A stretch of 64,000 bases of DNA. Origin: Nemertoderma westbladi (taxonomy: Eukaryota > Animalia > Xenacoelomorpha). The stretch is taken from positions 1-64,000 of the forward strand of contig JAUCBJ010005427.1 in NCBI GenBank assembly GCA_032718475.1, given 5' to 3'. The position numbers were made by a program, and so were the translations under genes. Every line of letters starts with the position of its first letter. Position 1 is the first letter of the stretch. Shown piece by piece: positions 48,666 through 63,600 of the stretch. The notes under the pieces were generated by a model. It was not told the DNA's origin. It saw only the letters and a program-made list of their open reading frames with translations, and searched no databases.

Positions 48666-51600
48666 ATTATAGTATAGTATATCGGGTCTGGTGTAGCTAA
48701 TTATAGTATCTCTGGTCTGGTGTAGCTAATTATACTATATCGGGTCTGGTGTAGCTAATTATAGTATCTCGGGTCTGGTGTAGCTAATTATAGTATCTCT
48801 GGTCTGGTGTAGCTAATTATACTATATCGGGTCTGGTGAAGCTAATTATAGTATATCGGGTCTGGTGTAGCTAATTATAGTATCTCGGGTCTGGTGTAGC
48901 TAATTATAGTATCTCTGGTCTGGTGTAGCTAATTATAGTATCTCGGGTCTGGTGTAGCTTATTATAGTATATCGGGTCTGGTGTAGCTAATTATAGTATC
49001 TCGGGTCTGGTGTAGCTAATTATAGTATATCGGGTCTGGTGTAGCTAATTATAGTATCCCGGGTCTGGTGTAGCTAATTATAGTATCTCGGGTCTGGTGT
49101 AGCTTATTATAGTATATCGGGTCTGGTGTAGCTAATTATAGTATCTCGGGTCTGGTGTAGCTAATTATAGTATCTCGGTCTGGTGTAGCTAATTATAGTA
49201 TCTCGGGTCTGGTGTAGCTAATTATAGTATATCGGGTCTGGTGTAGCTAATTATAGTATCTCGGGTCTGGTGTAGCTAATTATAGTATCTCTGGTCTGGT
49301 GTAGCTAATTATAGTATCTCGGGTCTGGTGTAGCTTATTATAGTATATCGGGTCTGGTGTAGCTAATTATAGTATCTCGGGTCTGGTGTAGCTAATTATA
49401 GTATCTCGGGTCTGGTGTAGCTAATTATAGTATCTCGGGTCTGGTGTAGCTAATTATAGTATCTCGGGTCTGGTGTAGCTTATTATAGTATATCGGGTCT
49501 GGTGTAGCTAATTATAGTATCTCGGGTCTGGTGTAGCTAATTATAGTATCTCGGGTCTGGTGTAGCTTATTATAGTATATCGGGTCTGGTGTAGCTTATT
49601 ATAGTATATCGGGTCTGGTGAGCTAATTATAGTATCTCGGGTCTGGTGTAGCTAATTATAGTATCTCTGGTCTGGTGTAGCTAATTATAGTATATCGGGT
49701 CTGGTGTAGCTAATTATAGTATCTCGGGTCTGGTGTAGCTAATTATAGTATATCGGGTCTGGTGTAGCTAATTATAGTATATCGGGTCTGGTGTAGCTAA
49801 TTATAGTATATCGGGTCTGGTGTAGCTAATTATAGTATCTCGGGTCTGGTGTAGCTAATTATAGTATCTCGGGTCTGGTGTAGCTAATTATAGTATCTCG
49901 GGTCTGGTGTAGCTAATTATAGTATCTCGGGTCTGGTGTAGCTAATTATAGTATAGTATATCGGGTCTGGTGTAGCTAATTATAGTATCTCTGGTCTGGT
50001 GTAGCTAATTATAGTATATCGGGTCTGGTGTAGCTAATTATAGTATCTCGGGTCTGGTGTAGCTAATTATTGTATCTCTGGTCTGGTGTAGCTAATTATA
50101 GTATATCGGGTCTGGTGTAGCTGATTATAGTATCTCGGGTCTGGTGTAGCTAATTATAGTATCTCGGGTCTGGTGTAGCTAATTATAGTATATCGGGTCT
50201 GGTGTAGCTAATTATAGTATATCGGGTCTGGTGTAGCTAATTATAGTATATCGGGTCTGGTGTAGCTGATTATAGTATCTCGGGTCTGGTGTAGCTAATT
50301 ATAGTATCTCGGGTCTGGTGTAGCTAATTATAGTATCTCGGGTCTGGTGTAGCTAATTATTGTATCTCTGGTCTGGTGTAGCTAATTATAGTATATCGGG
50401 TCTGGTGTAGCTAATTATAGTATCTCGGGTCTGGTGTAGCTGATTATTGTATCTCTGGTCTGGTGTAGCTAATTATAGTATATCGGGTCTGGTGTAGCTA
50501 ATTATAGTATATCGGGTCTGGTGTAGCTAATTATAGTATCTCGGGTCTGGTGTAGCTGATTATAGTATCTCGGGTCTGGTGTAGCTAATTATAGTATATC
50601 GGATCTGGTGTAGCTAATTATAGTATCTCTGGTCTGGTGTAGCTAATTATAGTATATCGGGTCTGGTGTAGCTGATTATAGTATCTCGGGTCTGGTGTAG
50701 CTAATTATAGTATCTCGGGTCTGGTGTAGCTAATTATAGTATCTCGGGTCTGGTGTAGCTAATTATTGTATCTCTGGTCTGGTGTAGCTAATTATAGTAT
50801 ATCGGGTCTGGTGTAGCTAATTATAGTATCTCGGGTCTGGTGTAGCTGATTATTGTATCTCTGGTCTGGTGTAGCTAATTATAGTATATCGGGTCTGGTG
50901 TAGCTAATTATAGTATATCGGGTCTGGTGTAGCTAATTATAGTATCTCGGGTCTGGTGTAGCTGATTATAGTATCTCGGGTCTGGTGTAGCTAATTATAG
51001 TATATCGGATCTGGTGTAGCTGATTATAGTATCTCGGGTCTGGTGTAGCTAATTATAGTATCTCGGGTCTGGTGTAGCTAATTATAGTATCTCGGGTCTG
51101 GTGTAGCTAATTATTGTATCTCTGGTCTGGTATAGCTAATTATAGTATATCGGGTCTGGTGTAGCTAATTATAGTATATCGGGTCTGGTGTAGCTAATTA
51201 TAGTATATCGGGTCTGGTGTAGCTAATTATAGTATATCGGGTCTGGTGTAGCTAATTATAGTATCTCGGGTCTGGTGTAGCTAATTATAGTATATCGGGT
51301 CTGGTGTAGCTAATTATAGTATATCGGGTCTGGTGTAGCTAATTATAGTATATCGGGTCTGGTGTAGCTAATTATAGTATCTCGGGTCTGGTGTAGCTAA
51401 TTATAGTATCTCGGGTCTGGTGTAGCTAATTATAGTATCTCGGGTCTGGTGTAGCTGATTATTGTATCTCTGGTCTGGTGTAGCTAATTATAGTATATCG
51501 GGTCTGGTGTAGCTAATTATAGTATATCGGGTCTGGTGTAGCTAATTATAGTATCTCTGGTCTGGTGTAGCTAATTATAGTATATCGGGTCTGGTGTAGC

Positions 51601-54600
51601 TGATTATAGTATCTCGGGTCTGGTGTAGCTAATTATAGTATCTCGGGTCTGGTGTAGCTAATTATAGTATCTCGGGTCTGGTGTAGCTAATTATTGTATC
51701 TCTGGTCTGGTGTAGCTAATTATAGTATATCGGGTCTGGTGTAGCTAATTATAGTATATCGGGTCTGGTGTAGCTAATTATAGTATATCGGGTCTGGTGT
51801 AGCTAATTATAGTATATCGGGTCTGGTGTAGCTAATTATAGTATATCGGGTCTGGTGTAGCTAATTATAGTATATCGGGTCTGGTGTAGCTAATTATAGT
51901 ATCTCGGGTCTGGTGTAGCTAATTATAGTATATCGGGTCTGGTGTAGCTAATTATAGTATCTCGGTTCTGGTGTAGCTAATTATAGTATATCGGGTCTGG
52001 TGTAGCTAATTATAGTATATCGGGTCTGGTGTAGCTAATTATAGTATATCGGGTCTGGTGTAGCTAATTATAGTATCTCGGGTCTGGTGTAGCTAATTAT
52101 AGTATATCGGGTCTGGTGTAGCTAATTATAGTATATCGGGTCTGGTGTAGCTAATTATAGTATATCGGGTCTGGTGTAGCTAATTATAGTATCTCGGGTC
52201 TGGTGTAGCTAATTATAGTATCTCGGGTCTGGTGTAGCTAATTATAGTATCTCTGGTCTAGTGTAGCTAATTATAGTATATCGGGTCTGGTGTAGCTAAT
52301 TATAGTATATCGGGTCTGGTGTAGCTAATTATAGTATCTCGGGTCTGGTGTAGCTAATTATAGTATATCGGGTCTGGTGTAGCTAATTATAGTATATCGG
52401 ATCTGGTGTAGCTGATTATAGTATCTCGGGTCTGGTGTAGCTAATTATAGTATCTCGGGTCTGGTGTAGCTAATTATAGTATCTCGGGTCTGGTGTAGCT
52501 AATTATTGTATCTCTGGTCTGGTATAGCTAATTATAGTATATCGGGTCTGGTGTAGCTAATTATAGTATATCGGGTCTGGTGTAGCTAATTATAGTATAT
52601 CGGGTCTGGTGTAGCTAATTATAGTATATCGGGTCTGGTGTAGCTAATTATAGTATCTCGGGTCTGGTGTAGCTAATTATAGTATATCGGGTCTGGTGTA
52701 GCTAATTATAGTATATCGGGTCTGGTGTAGCTAATTATAGTATCTCGGGTCTGGTGTAGCTAATTATAGTATCTCGGGTCTGGTGTAGCTAATTATAGTA
52801 TCTCGGGTCTGGTGTAGCTGATTATTGTATCTCTGGTCTGGTGTAGCTAATTATAGTATATCGGGTCTGGTGTAGCTAATTATAGTATCTCTGGTCTGGT
52901 GTAGCTAATTATAGTATATCGGGTCTGGTGTAGCTGATTATAGTATCTCGGGTCTGGTGTAGCTAATTATAGTATCTCGGTTCTGGTGTAGCTAATTATA
53001 GTATATCGGGTCTGGTGTAGCTAATTATAGTATCTCGGGTCTGGTGTAGCTAATTATAGTATATCGGGTCTGGTGTAGCTAATTATAGTATATCGGGTCT
53101 GGTGTAGCTAATTATAGTATCTCGGGTCTGGTGTAGCTAATTATAGTATCTCGGGTCTGGTGTAGCTAATTATAGTATCTCGGGTCTGGTGTAGCTGATT
53201 ATTGTATCTCTGGTCTGGTGTAGCTAATTATAGTATATCGGGTCTGGTGTAGCTAATTATAGTATCTCGGGTCTGGTGTAGCTAATTATAGTATCTCGGG
53301 TCTGGTGTAGCTAATTATAGTATATCGGGTCTGGTGTAGCTGATTATAGTATCTCGGGTCTGGTGTAGCTAATTATAGTATCTCGGGTCTGGTGTAGCTA
53401 ATTATAGTATATCGGGTCTGGTGTAGCTAATTATAGTATATCGGGTCTGGTGTAGCTAATTATAGTATCTCGGGTCTGGTGTAGCTAATTATAGTATATC
53501 GGGTCTGGTGTAGCTAATTATAGTATATCGGGACTGGTGTAGCTAATTATAGTATCTCTGGTCTGGTGTAGCTAATTATAGTATATCGGGTCTGGTGTAG
53601 CTGATTATAGTATCTCGGGTCTGGTGTAGCTAATTATAGTATCTCGGGTCTGGTGTAGCTAATTATAGTATCTCTGGTCTGGTGTAGCTAATTATAGTAT
53701 ATCGGCTCTGGTGTAGCTAATTATAGTATCTCTGGTCTGGTGTAGCTAATTATAGTATCTCGGGTCTGGTGTAGCTGATTATAGTATCTCGGGTCTGGTG
53801 TAGCTAATTATAGTATATCGGGTCTGGTGTAGCTGATTATTGTATCTCTGGTCTGGTGTAGCTAATTATAGTATCTCGGGTCTGGTGTAGCTAATTATTG
53901 TATCTCTGGTCTGGTGTAGCTAATTATAGTATATCGGGTCTGGTGTAGCTAATTATAGTATATCGGGTCTGGTGTAGCTAATTATAGTATATCGGGTCTG
54001 GTGTAGCTAATTATAGTATATCGGGTCTGGTGTAGCTAATTATAGTATATCGGGTCTGGTGTAGCTAATTATAGTATCTCGGGTCTGGTGTAGCTAATTA
54101 TAGTATATCGGGTCTGGTGTAGCTAATTATAGTATATCGGGTCTGGTGTAGCTAATTATAGTATCTCGGGTCTGGTGTAGCTAATTATAGTATCTCGGGT
54201 CTGGTGTAGCTAATTATAGTATCTCGGGTCTGGTGTAGCTAATTATAGTATCTCGGGTCTGGTGTAGCTGATTATTGTATCTCTGGTCTGGTGTAGCTAA
54301 TTATAGTATCTCGGGTCTGGTGTAGCTAATTATAGTATCTCGGGTCTGGTGTAGCTAATTATAGTATCTCGGGTCTGGTGTAGCTGATTATTGTATCTCT
54401 GGTCTGGTGTAGCTAATTATAGTATATCGGGTCTGGTGTAGCTAATTATAGTATCTCGGGTCTGGTGTAGCTAATTATAGTATCTCGGGTCTGGTGTAGC
54501 TAATTATAGTATATCGGGTCTGGTGTAGCTGATTATAGTATCTCGGGTCTGGTGTAGCTAATTATAGTATCTCGGGTCTGGTGTAGCTAATTATAGTATA

Positions 54601-57600
54601 TCGGGTCTGGTGTAGCTAATTATAGTATATCGGGTCTGGTGTAGCTAATTATAGTATCTCGGGTCTGGTGTAGCTAATTATAGTATATCGGGTCTGGTGT
54701 AGCTAATTATAGTATATCGGGTCTGGTGTAGCTAATTATAGTATCTCTGGTCTGGTGTAGCTAATTATAGTATATCGGGTCTGGTGTAGCTGATTATAGT
54801 ATCTCGGGTCTGGTGTAGCTAATTATAGTATCTCGGGTCTGGTGTAGCTAATTATAGTATCTCTGGTCTGGTGTAGCTAATTATAGTATATCGGCTCTGG
54901 TGTAGCTAATTATAGTATCTCTGGTCTGGTGTAGCTAATTATAGTATCTCGGGTCTGGTGTAGCTGATTATAGTATCTCGGGTCTGGTGTAGCTAATTAT
55001 AGTATATCGGGTCTGGTGTAGCTGATTATTGTATCTCTGGTCTGGTGTAGCTAATTATAGTATCTCGGGTCTGGTGTAGCTAATTATTGTATCTCTGGTC
55101 TGGTGTAGCTAATTATAGTATATCGGGTCTGGTGTAGCTAATTATAGTATATCGGGTCTGGTGTAGCTAATTATAGTATATCGGGTCTGGTGTAGCTAAT
55201 TATAGTATATCGGGTCTGGTGTAGCTAATTATAGTATATCGGGTCTGGTGTAGCTAATTATAGTATCTCGGGTCTGGTGTAGCTAATTATAGTATATCGG
55301 GTCTGGTGTAGCTAATTATAGTATCTCGGTTCTGGTGTAGCTAATTATAGTATCTCGGGTCTGGTGTAGCTAATTATAGTATATCGGGTCTGGTGTAGCT
55401 AATTATAGTATCTCGGGTCTGGTGTAGCTAATTATAGTATATCGGGTCTGGTGTAGCTAATTATAGTATATCGGGTCTGGTGTAGCTAATTATAGTATAT
55501 CGGGTCTGGTGTAGCTAATTATAGTATATCGGGTCTGGTGTAGCTAATTATAGTATATCGGGTCTGGTGTAGCTAATTATAGTATCTCGGGTCTGGTGTA
55601 GCTAATTATAGTATATCGGGTCTGGTGTAGCTAATTATAGTATATCGGGTCTGGTGTAGCTAATTATAGTATATCGGGTCTGGTGTAGCTAATTATAGTA
55701 TATCGGGTCTGGTGTAGCTAATTATAGTATCTCGGGTCTGGTGTAGCTAATTATAGTATATCGGGTCTGGTGTAGCTAATTATAGTATATCGGGTCTGGT
55801 GTAGCTAATTATAGTATATCGGGTCTGGTGTAGCTAATTATAGTATCTCGGGTCTGGTGTAGCTAATTATAGTATATCGGGTCTGGTGTAGCTAATTATA
55901 GTATCTCGGGTCTGGTGTAGCTAATTATAGTATATCGGGTCTGGTGTAGCTAATTATAGTATATCGGGTCTGGTGTAGCTAATTATAGTATATCGGGTCT
56001 GGTGTAGCTAATTATAGTATATCGGGTCTGGTGTAGCTAATTATAGTATCTCGGGTCTGGTGTAGCTAATTATAGTATATCGGGTCTGGTGTAGCTAATT
56101 ATAGTATCTCGGGTCTGGTGTAGCTAATTATAGTATCTCGGGTCTGGTGTAGCTAATTATAGTATCTCGGGTCTGGTGTAGCTGATTATTGTATCTCTGG
56201 TCTGGTGTAGCTAATTATAGTATCTCGGGTCTGGTGTAGCTAATTATAGTATATCGGGTCTGGTAGAGCTAATTATAGTATAGTATCTCTGGTCTGGTGT
56301 AGCTAATTATAGTATATCGGGTCTGGTGTAGCTAATTATAGTATCTCTGGTCTGGTGTAGCTAATTATAGTATCTCGGATCTGGTGTAGCTAATTATAGT
56401 ATATCGGGTCTGGTGTAGCTAATTATAGTATATCGGGTCTGGTGTAGCTAATTATAGTATCTCTGGTCTGGTGTAGCTAATTATAGTATATCGGCTCTGG
56501 TGTAGCTAATTATAGTATATCGGGTCTGGTAGAGCTAATTATAGTATATCGGGTCTGGTGTAGCTAATTATAGTATCTCGGGTCTGGTGTAGCTAATTAT
56601 AGTATCTCGGGTCTGGTGTAGCTAATTATAGTATCTCGGGTCTGGTGTAGCTAATTATAGTATCTCTGGTCTGGTGTAGCTAATTATAGTATCTCGGGTC
56701 TGGTGTAGCTAATTATAGTATATCGGGTCTGGTGTAGCTAATTATAGTATCTCGGGTCTGGTGTAGCTAATTATAGTATCTCTGGTCTGGTGTAGCTAAT
56801 TATAGTATCTCGGGTCTGGTGTAGCTAATTATAGTATATCGGGTCTGGTGTAGCTAATTATAGTATATCGGGTCTGGTGTAGCTAATTATAGTATATCGG
56901 GTCTGGTGTAGCTAATTATAGTATCTCGGGTCTGGTGTAGCTAATTATAGTATCTCTGGTCTGGTGTAGCTAATTATAGTATCTCGGGTCTGGTGTAGCT
57001 AATTATAGTATATCGGGTCTGGTGTAGCTAATTGTAGTATATCGGGTCTGGTGTAGCTAATTATAGTATATCGGGTCTGGTGTAGCTAATTATAGTATAT
57101 CGGGTCTGGTGTAGCTAATTATAGTATCTCGGGTCTGGTGTAGCTAATTATAGTATCTCGGTTCTGGTGTAGCTAATTATAGTATCTCGGTTCTGGTGTA
57201 GCTGATTATAGTATCTCTGGTCTGGTGTAGCTAATTATAGTATATCGTGTCTGGTGTAGCTAATTATAGTATCGCGGGTCTGGTGTAGCTAATTATAGTA
57301 TCTCGGGTCTGGTGTAGCTTATTATAGTATATCGGGTCTGGTGTAGCTAATTATAGTATCTCGGGTCTGGTGTAGCTAATTATAGTATCTCTGGTCTGGT
57401 GTAGCTAATTATAGTATCGCGGGTCTGGTGTAGCTAATTATAGTATCGCGGGTCTGGTGTAGCTAATTATAGTATCTCGGGTCTGGTGTAGCTTATTATA
57501 GTATATCGGGTCTGGTGTAGCTAATTATAGTATCTCGGGTCTGGTGTAGCTAATTATAGTATCTCTGGTCTGGTGTAGCTAATTATAGTATCGCGGGTCT

Positions 57601-60600
57601 GGTGTAGCTAATTATAGTATATCGGGTCTGGTGTAGCTAATTATAGTATCTCGGGTCTGGTGTAGCTAATTATAGTATCTCGGTTCTGGTGTAGCTGATT
57701 ATAGTATCTCTGGTCTGGTGTATCTAATTATAGTATATCGGGTCTGGTGTAGCTAATTATAGTATCTCTGGTCTGGTGTAGCTGATTATTGTATCTCTGG
57801 TCTGGTGTAGCTAATTATAGTATATCGGGTCTGGTGTAGCTAATTATAGTATATCGGGTCTGGTGTAGCTAATTATAGTATCTCTGGTCTGGTGTAGCTA
57901 ATTATAGTATATCGGGTCTGGTGTAGCTGATTATAGTATCTCGGGTCTGGTGTAGCTAATTATAGTATCTCTGGTCTGGTGTAGCTAATTATAGTATCTC
58001 GGGTCTGGTGTAGCTAATTATAGTATCTCTGGTCTGGTGTAGCTAATTATAGTATCTCGGGTCTGGTGTAGCTAATTATAGTATCTCGGGTCTGGTGTAG
58101 CTAATTATCGTATCTCTGGTCTGGTGTAGCTAATTATAGTATATCGGGTCTGGTGTAGCTGATTATAGTATCTCGGGTCTGGTGTAGCTAATTATAGTAT
58201 CTCGGGTCTGGTGTAGCTAATTATAGTATCTCGGGTCTGGTGTAGCTAATTATAGTATCTCGGGTCTGGTGTAGCTAATTATAGTATCTCGGGTCTGGTG
58301 TAGCTAATTATCGTATCTCTGGTCTGGTGTAGCTAATTATAGTATATCGGGTCTGGTGTAGCTAATTATAGTATCTCTGGTCTGGTGTAGCTAATTATAG
58401 TATATCGGGTCTGGTGTAGCTGATTATAGTATCTCGGGTCTGGTGTAGCTAATTATAGTATCTCGGGTCTGGTGTAGCTAATTATAGTATCTCGGGTCTG
58501 GTGTAGCTAATTATCGTATCTCTGGTCTGGTGTAGCTAATTATAGTATATCGGGTCTGGTGTAGCTGATTATAGTATCTCGGGTCTGGTGTAGCTAATTA
58601 TAGTATCTCGGGTCTGGTGTAGCTAATTATAGTATATCGGGTCTGGTGTAGCTAATTATAGTATATCGGGTCTGGTGTAGCTAATTATAGTATCTCTGGT
58701 CTGGTGTAGCTAATTATAGTATATCGGGTCTGGTGTAGCTGATTATAGTATCTCGGGTCTGGTGTAGCTAATTATAGTATCTCGGGTCTGGTGTAGCTAA
58801 TTATAGTATCTCGGTTCTGGTGTAGCTAATTATAGTATCTCGGTTCTGGTGTAGCTGATTATAGTATCTCTGGTCTGGTGTAGCTAATTATAGTATATCG
58901 GGTCTGGTGTAGCTAATTATAGTATCTCTGGTCTGGTGTAGCTAATTATAGTATCGCGGGTCTGGTGTAGCTAATTATAGTATATCGGGTCTGGTGTAGC
59001 TAATTATAGTATCTCGGGTCTGGTGTAGCTAATTATAGTATCTCGGTTCTGGTGTAGCTGATTATAGTATCTCTGGTCTGGTGTAGCTAATTATAGTATA
59101 TCGGGTCTGGTGTAGCTGATTATAGTATCTCGGGTCTGGTGTAGCTAATTATAGTATCTCTGGTCTGGTGTAGCTGATTATTGTATCTCTGGTCTGGTGT
59201 AGCTAATTATAGTATATCGGGTCTGGTGTAGCTAATTATAGTATATCGGGTCTGGTGTAGCTAATTATAGTATCTCTGGTCTGGTGTGGCTAATTATAGT
59301 ATATCGGGTCTGGTGTAGCTAATTATAGTATCTCGGGTCTGGTGTAGCTAATTATAGTATCTCTGGTCTGGTGTAGCTGATTATTGTATCTCTGGTCTGG
59401 TGTAGCTAATTATAGTATATCGGGTCTGGTGTAGCTAATTATAGTATATCGGGTCTGGTGTAGCTAATTATAGTATCTCTGGTCTGGTGTGGCTAATTAT
59501 AGTATATCGGGTCTGGTGTAGCTGATTATAGTATCTCGGGTCTGGTGTAGCTAATTATAGTATCTCGGGTCTGGTGTAGCTAATTATAGTATCTCGGGTC
59601 TGGTGTAGCTAATTATAGTATCTCGGGTCTGGTGTAGCTAATTATAGTATATCGGGTCTGGTGTAGCTAATTATCGTATCTCTGGTCTGGTGTAGCTAAT
59701 TATAGTATATCGGGTCTGGTGTAGCTGATTATAGTATCTCGGGTCTGGTGTAGCTAATTATAGTATCTCGGGTCTGGTGTAGCTAATTATAGTATCTCGG
59801 GTCTGGTGTAGCTAATTATCGTATCTCTGGTCTGGTGTAGCTAATTATAGTATATCGGGTCTGGTGTAGCTAATTATAGTATCTCTGGTCTGGTGTAGCT
59901 AATTATAGTATATCGGGTCTGGTGTAGCTGATTATAGTATCTCGGGTCTGGTGTAGCTAATTATAGTATCTCGGGTCTGGTGTAGCTAATTATAGTATCT
60001 CGGGTCTGGTGTAGCTAATTATAGTATATCGGGTCTGGTGTAGCTAATTATAGTATCTCGGGTCTGGTGTAGCTAATTATAGTATATCGGGTCTGGTGTA
60101 GCTAATTATAGTATCTCGGGTCTGGTGTAGCTAATTATCGTATCTCTGGTCTGGTGTAGCTGATTATAGTATCTCGGGTCTGGTGTAGCTAATTATAGTA
60201 TCTCGGGTCTGGTGTAGCTAATTATAGTATCTCGGGTCTGGTGTAGCTAATTATAGTATATCGGGTCTGGTGTAGCTAATTATAGTATCTCGGGTCTGGT
60301 GTAGCTAATTATAGTATATCGGGTCTGGTGTAGCTGATTATAGTATCTCGGGTCTGGTGTAGCTAATTATAGTATCTCGGGTCTGGTGTAGCTAATTATA
60401 GTATCTCGGGTCTGGTGTAGCTAATTATAGTATATCGGGTCTGGTGTAGCTAATTATAGTATCTCTGGTCTGGTGTAGCTAATTATAGTATCTCGGTTCT
60501 GGTGTAGCTAATTATAGTATATCGGGTCTGGTGTAGCTAATTATAGTATCTCTGGTCTGGTGTAGCTAATTATAGTATCTCGGTTCTGGTGTAGCTAATT

Positions 60601-63600
60601 ATAGTATATCGGGTCTGGTGTAGCTAATTATAGTATCTCTGGTCTGGTGTAGCTAATTATAGTATATCGGGTCTGGTGTAGCTAATTATAGTATCTCGGG
60701 TCTGGTGTAGCTAATTATAGTATCTCTGGTCTGGTGTAGCTAATTATAGTATCTCGGGTCTGGTGTAGCTAATTATAGTATCTCTGGTCTGGTGTAGCTA
60801 ATTATAGTATCTCGGGTCTGGTGTAGCTAATTATAGTATCTCGGGTCTGGTGTAGCTAATTATCGTATCTCTGGTCTGGTGTAGCTAATTATAGTATATC
60901 GGGTCTGGTGTAGCTGATTATAGTATCTCGGGTCTGGTGTAGCTAATTATAGTATCTCGGGTCTGGTGTAGCTAATTATAGTATCTCGGGTCTGGTGTAG
61001 CTAATTATAGTATCTCGGGTCTGGTGTAGCTAATTATAGTATCTCGGGTCTGGTGTAGCTAATTATCGTATCTCTGGTCTGGTGTAGCTAATTATAGTAT
61101 ATCGGGTCTGGTGTAGCTAATTATAGTATCTCTGGTCTGGTGTAGCTAATTATAGTATATCGGGTCTGGTGTAGCTGATTATAGTATCTCGGGTCTGGTG
61201 TAGCTAATTATAGTATCTCGGGTCTGGTGTAGCTAATTATAGTATCTCGGGTCTGGTGTAGCTAATTATCGTATCTCTGGTCTGGTGTAGCTAATTATAG
61301 TATATCGGGTCTGGTGTAGCTGATTATAGTATCTCGGGTCTGGTGTAGCTAATTATAGTATCTCGGGTCTGGTGTAGCTAATTATAGTATATCGGGTCTG
61401 GTGTAGCTAATTATAGTATATCGGGTCTGGTGTAGCTAATTATAGTATCTCTGGTCTGGTGTAGCTAATTATAGTATATCGGGTCTGGTGTAGCTGATTA
61501 TAGTATCTCGGGTCTGGTGTAGCTAATTATAGTATCTCGGGTCTGGTGTAGCTAATTATAGTATCTCGGTTCTGGTGTAGCTAATTATAGTATCTCGGTT
61601 CTGGTGTAGCTGATTATAGTATCTCTGGTCTGGTGTAGCTAATTATAGTATATCGGGTCTGGTGTAGCTAATTATAGTATCTCTGGTCTGGTGTAGCTAA
61701 TTATAGTATCGCGGGTCTGGTGTAGCTAATTATAGTATATCGGGTCTGGTGTAGCTAATTATAGTATCTCGGGTCTGGTGTAGCTAATTATAGTATCTCG
61801 GTTCTGGTGTAGCTGATTATAGTATCTCTGGTCTGGTGTAGCTAATTATAGTATATCGGGTCTGGTGTAGCTGATTATAGTATCTCGGGTCTGGTGTAGC
61901 TAATTATAGTATCTCTGGTCTGGTGTAGCTGATTATTGTATCTCTGGTCTGGTGTAGCTAATTATAGTATATCGGGTCTGGTGTAGCTAATTATAGTATA
62001 TCGGGTCTGGTGTAGCTAATTATAGTATCTCTGGTCTGGTGTGGCTAATTATAGTATATCGGGTCTGGTGTAGCTAATTATAGTATCTCGGGTCTGGTGT
62101 AGCTAATTATAGTATCTCTGGTCTGGTGTAGCTGATTATTGTATCTCTGGTCTGGTGTAGCTAATTATAGTATATCGGGTCTGGTGTAGCTAATTATAGT
62201 ATATCGGGTCTGGTGTAGCTAATTATAGTATCTCTGGTCTGGTGTGGCTAATTATAGTATATCGGGTCTGGTGTAGCTGATTATAGTATCTCGGGTCTGG
62301 TGTAGCTAATTATAGTATCTCGGGTCTGGTGTAGCTAATTATAGTATCTCGGGTCTGGTGTAGCTAATTATAGTATCTCGGGTCTGGTGTAGCTAATTAT
62401 AGTATATCGGGTCTGGTGTAGCTAATTATCGTATCTCTGGTCTGGTGTAGCTAATTATAGTATATCGGGTCTGGTGTAGCTGATTATAGTATCTCGGGTC
62501 TGGTGTAGCTAATTATAGTATCTCGGGTCTGGTGTAGCTAATTATAGTATCTCGGGTCTGGTGTAGCTAATTATCGTATCTCTGGTCTGGTGTAGCTAAT
62601 TATAGTATATCGGGTCTGGTGTAGCTAATTATAGTATCTCTGGTCTGGTGTAGCTAATTATAGTATATCGGGTCTGGTGTAGCTGATTATAGTATCTCGG
62701 GTCTGGTGTAGCTAATTATAGTATCTCGGGTCTGGTGTAGCTAATTATAGTATCTCGGGTCTGGTGTAGCTAATTATAGTATATCGGGTCTGGTGTAGCT
62801 AATTATAGTATCTCGGGTCTGGTGTAGCTAATTATAGTATATCGGGTCTGGTGTAGCTAATTATAGTATCTCGGGTCTGGTGTAGCTAATTATCGTATCT
62901 CTGGTCTGGTGTAGCTGATTATAGTATCTCGGGTCTGGTGTAGCTAATTATAGTATCTCGGGTCTGGTGTAGCTAATTATAGTATCTCGGGTCTGGTGTA
63001 GCTAATTATAGTATATCGGGTCTGGTGTAGCTAATTATAGTATCTCGGGTCTGGTGTAGCTAATTATAGTATATCGGGTCTGGTGTAGCTGATTATAGTA
63101 TCTCGGGTCTGGTGTAGCTAATTATAGTATCTCGGGTCTGGTGTAGCTAATTATAGTATCTCGGGTCTGGTGTAGCTAATTATAGTATATCGGGTCTGGT
63201 GTAGCTAATTATAGTATCTCTGGTCTGGTGTAGCTAATTATAGTATCTCGGTTCTGGTGTAGCTAATTATAGTATATCGGGTCTGGTGTAGCTAATTATA
63301 GTATCTCTGGTCTGGTGTAGCTAATTATAGTATCTCGGTTCTGGTGTAGCTAATTATAGTATATCGGGTCTGGTGTAGCTAATTATAGTATCTCTGGTCT
63401 GGTGTAGCTAATTATAGTATATCGGGTCTGGTGTAGCTAATTATAGTATCTCGGGTCTGGTGTAGCTAATTATAGTATATCGGGTCTGGTGTAGCTAATT
63501 ATAGTATCTCGGGTCTGGTGTAGCTAATTATCGTATCTCTGGTCTGGTGTAGCTAATTATAGTATATCGGGTCTGGTGTAGCTAATTATAGTATATCGGG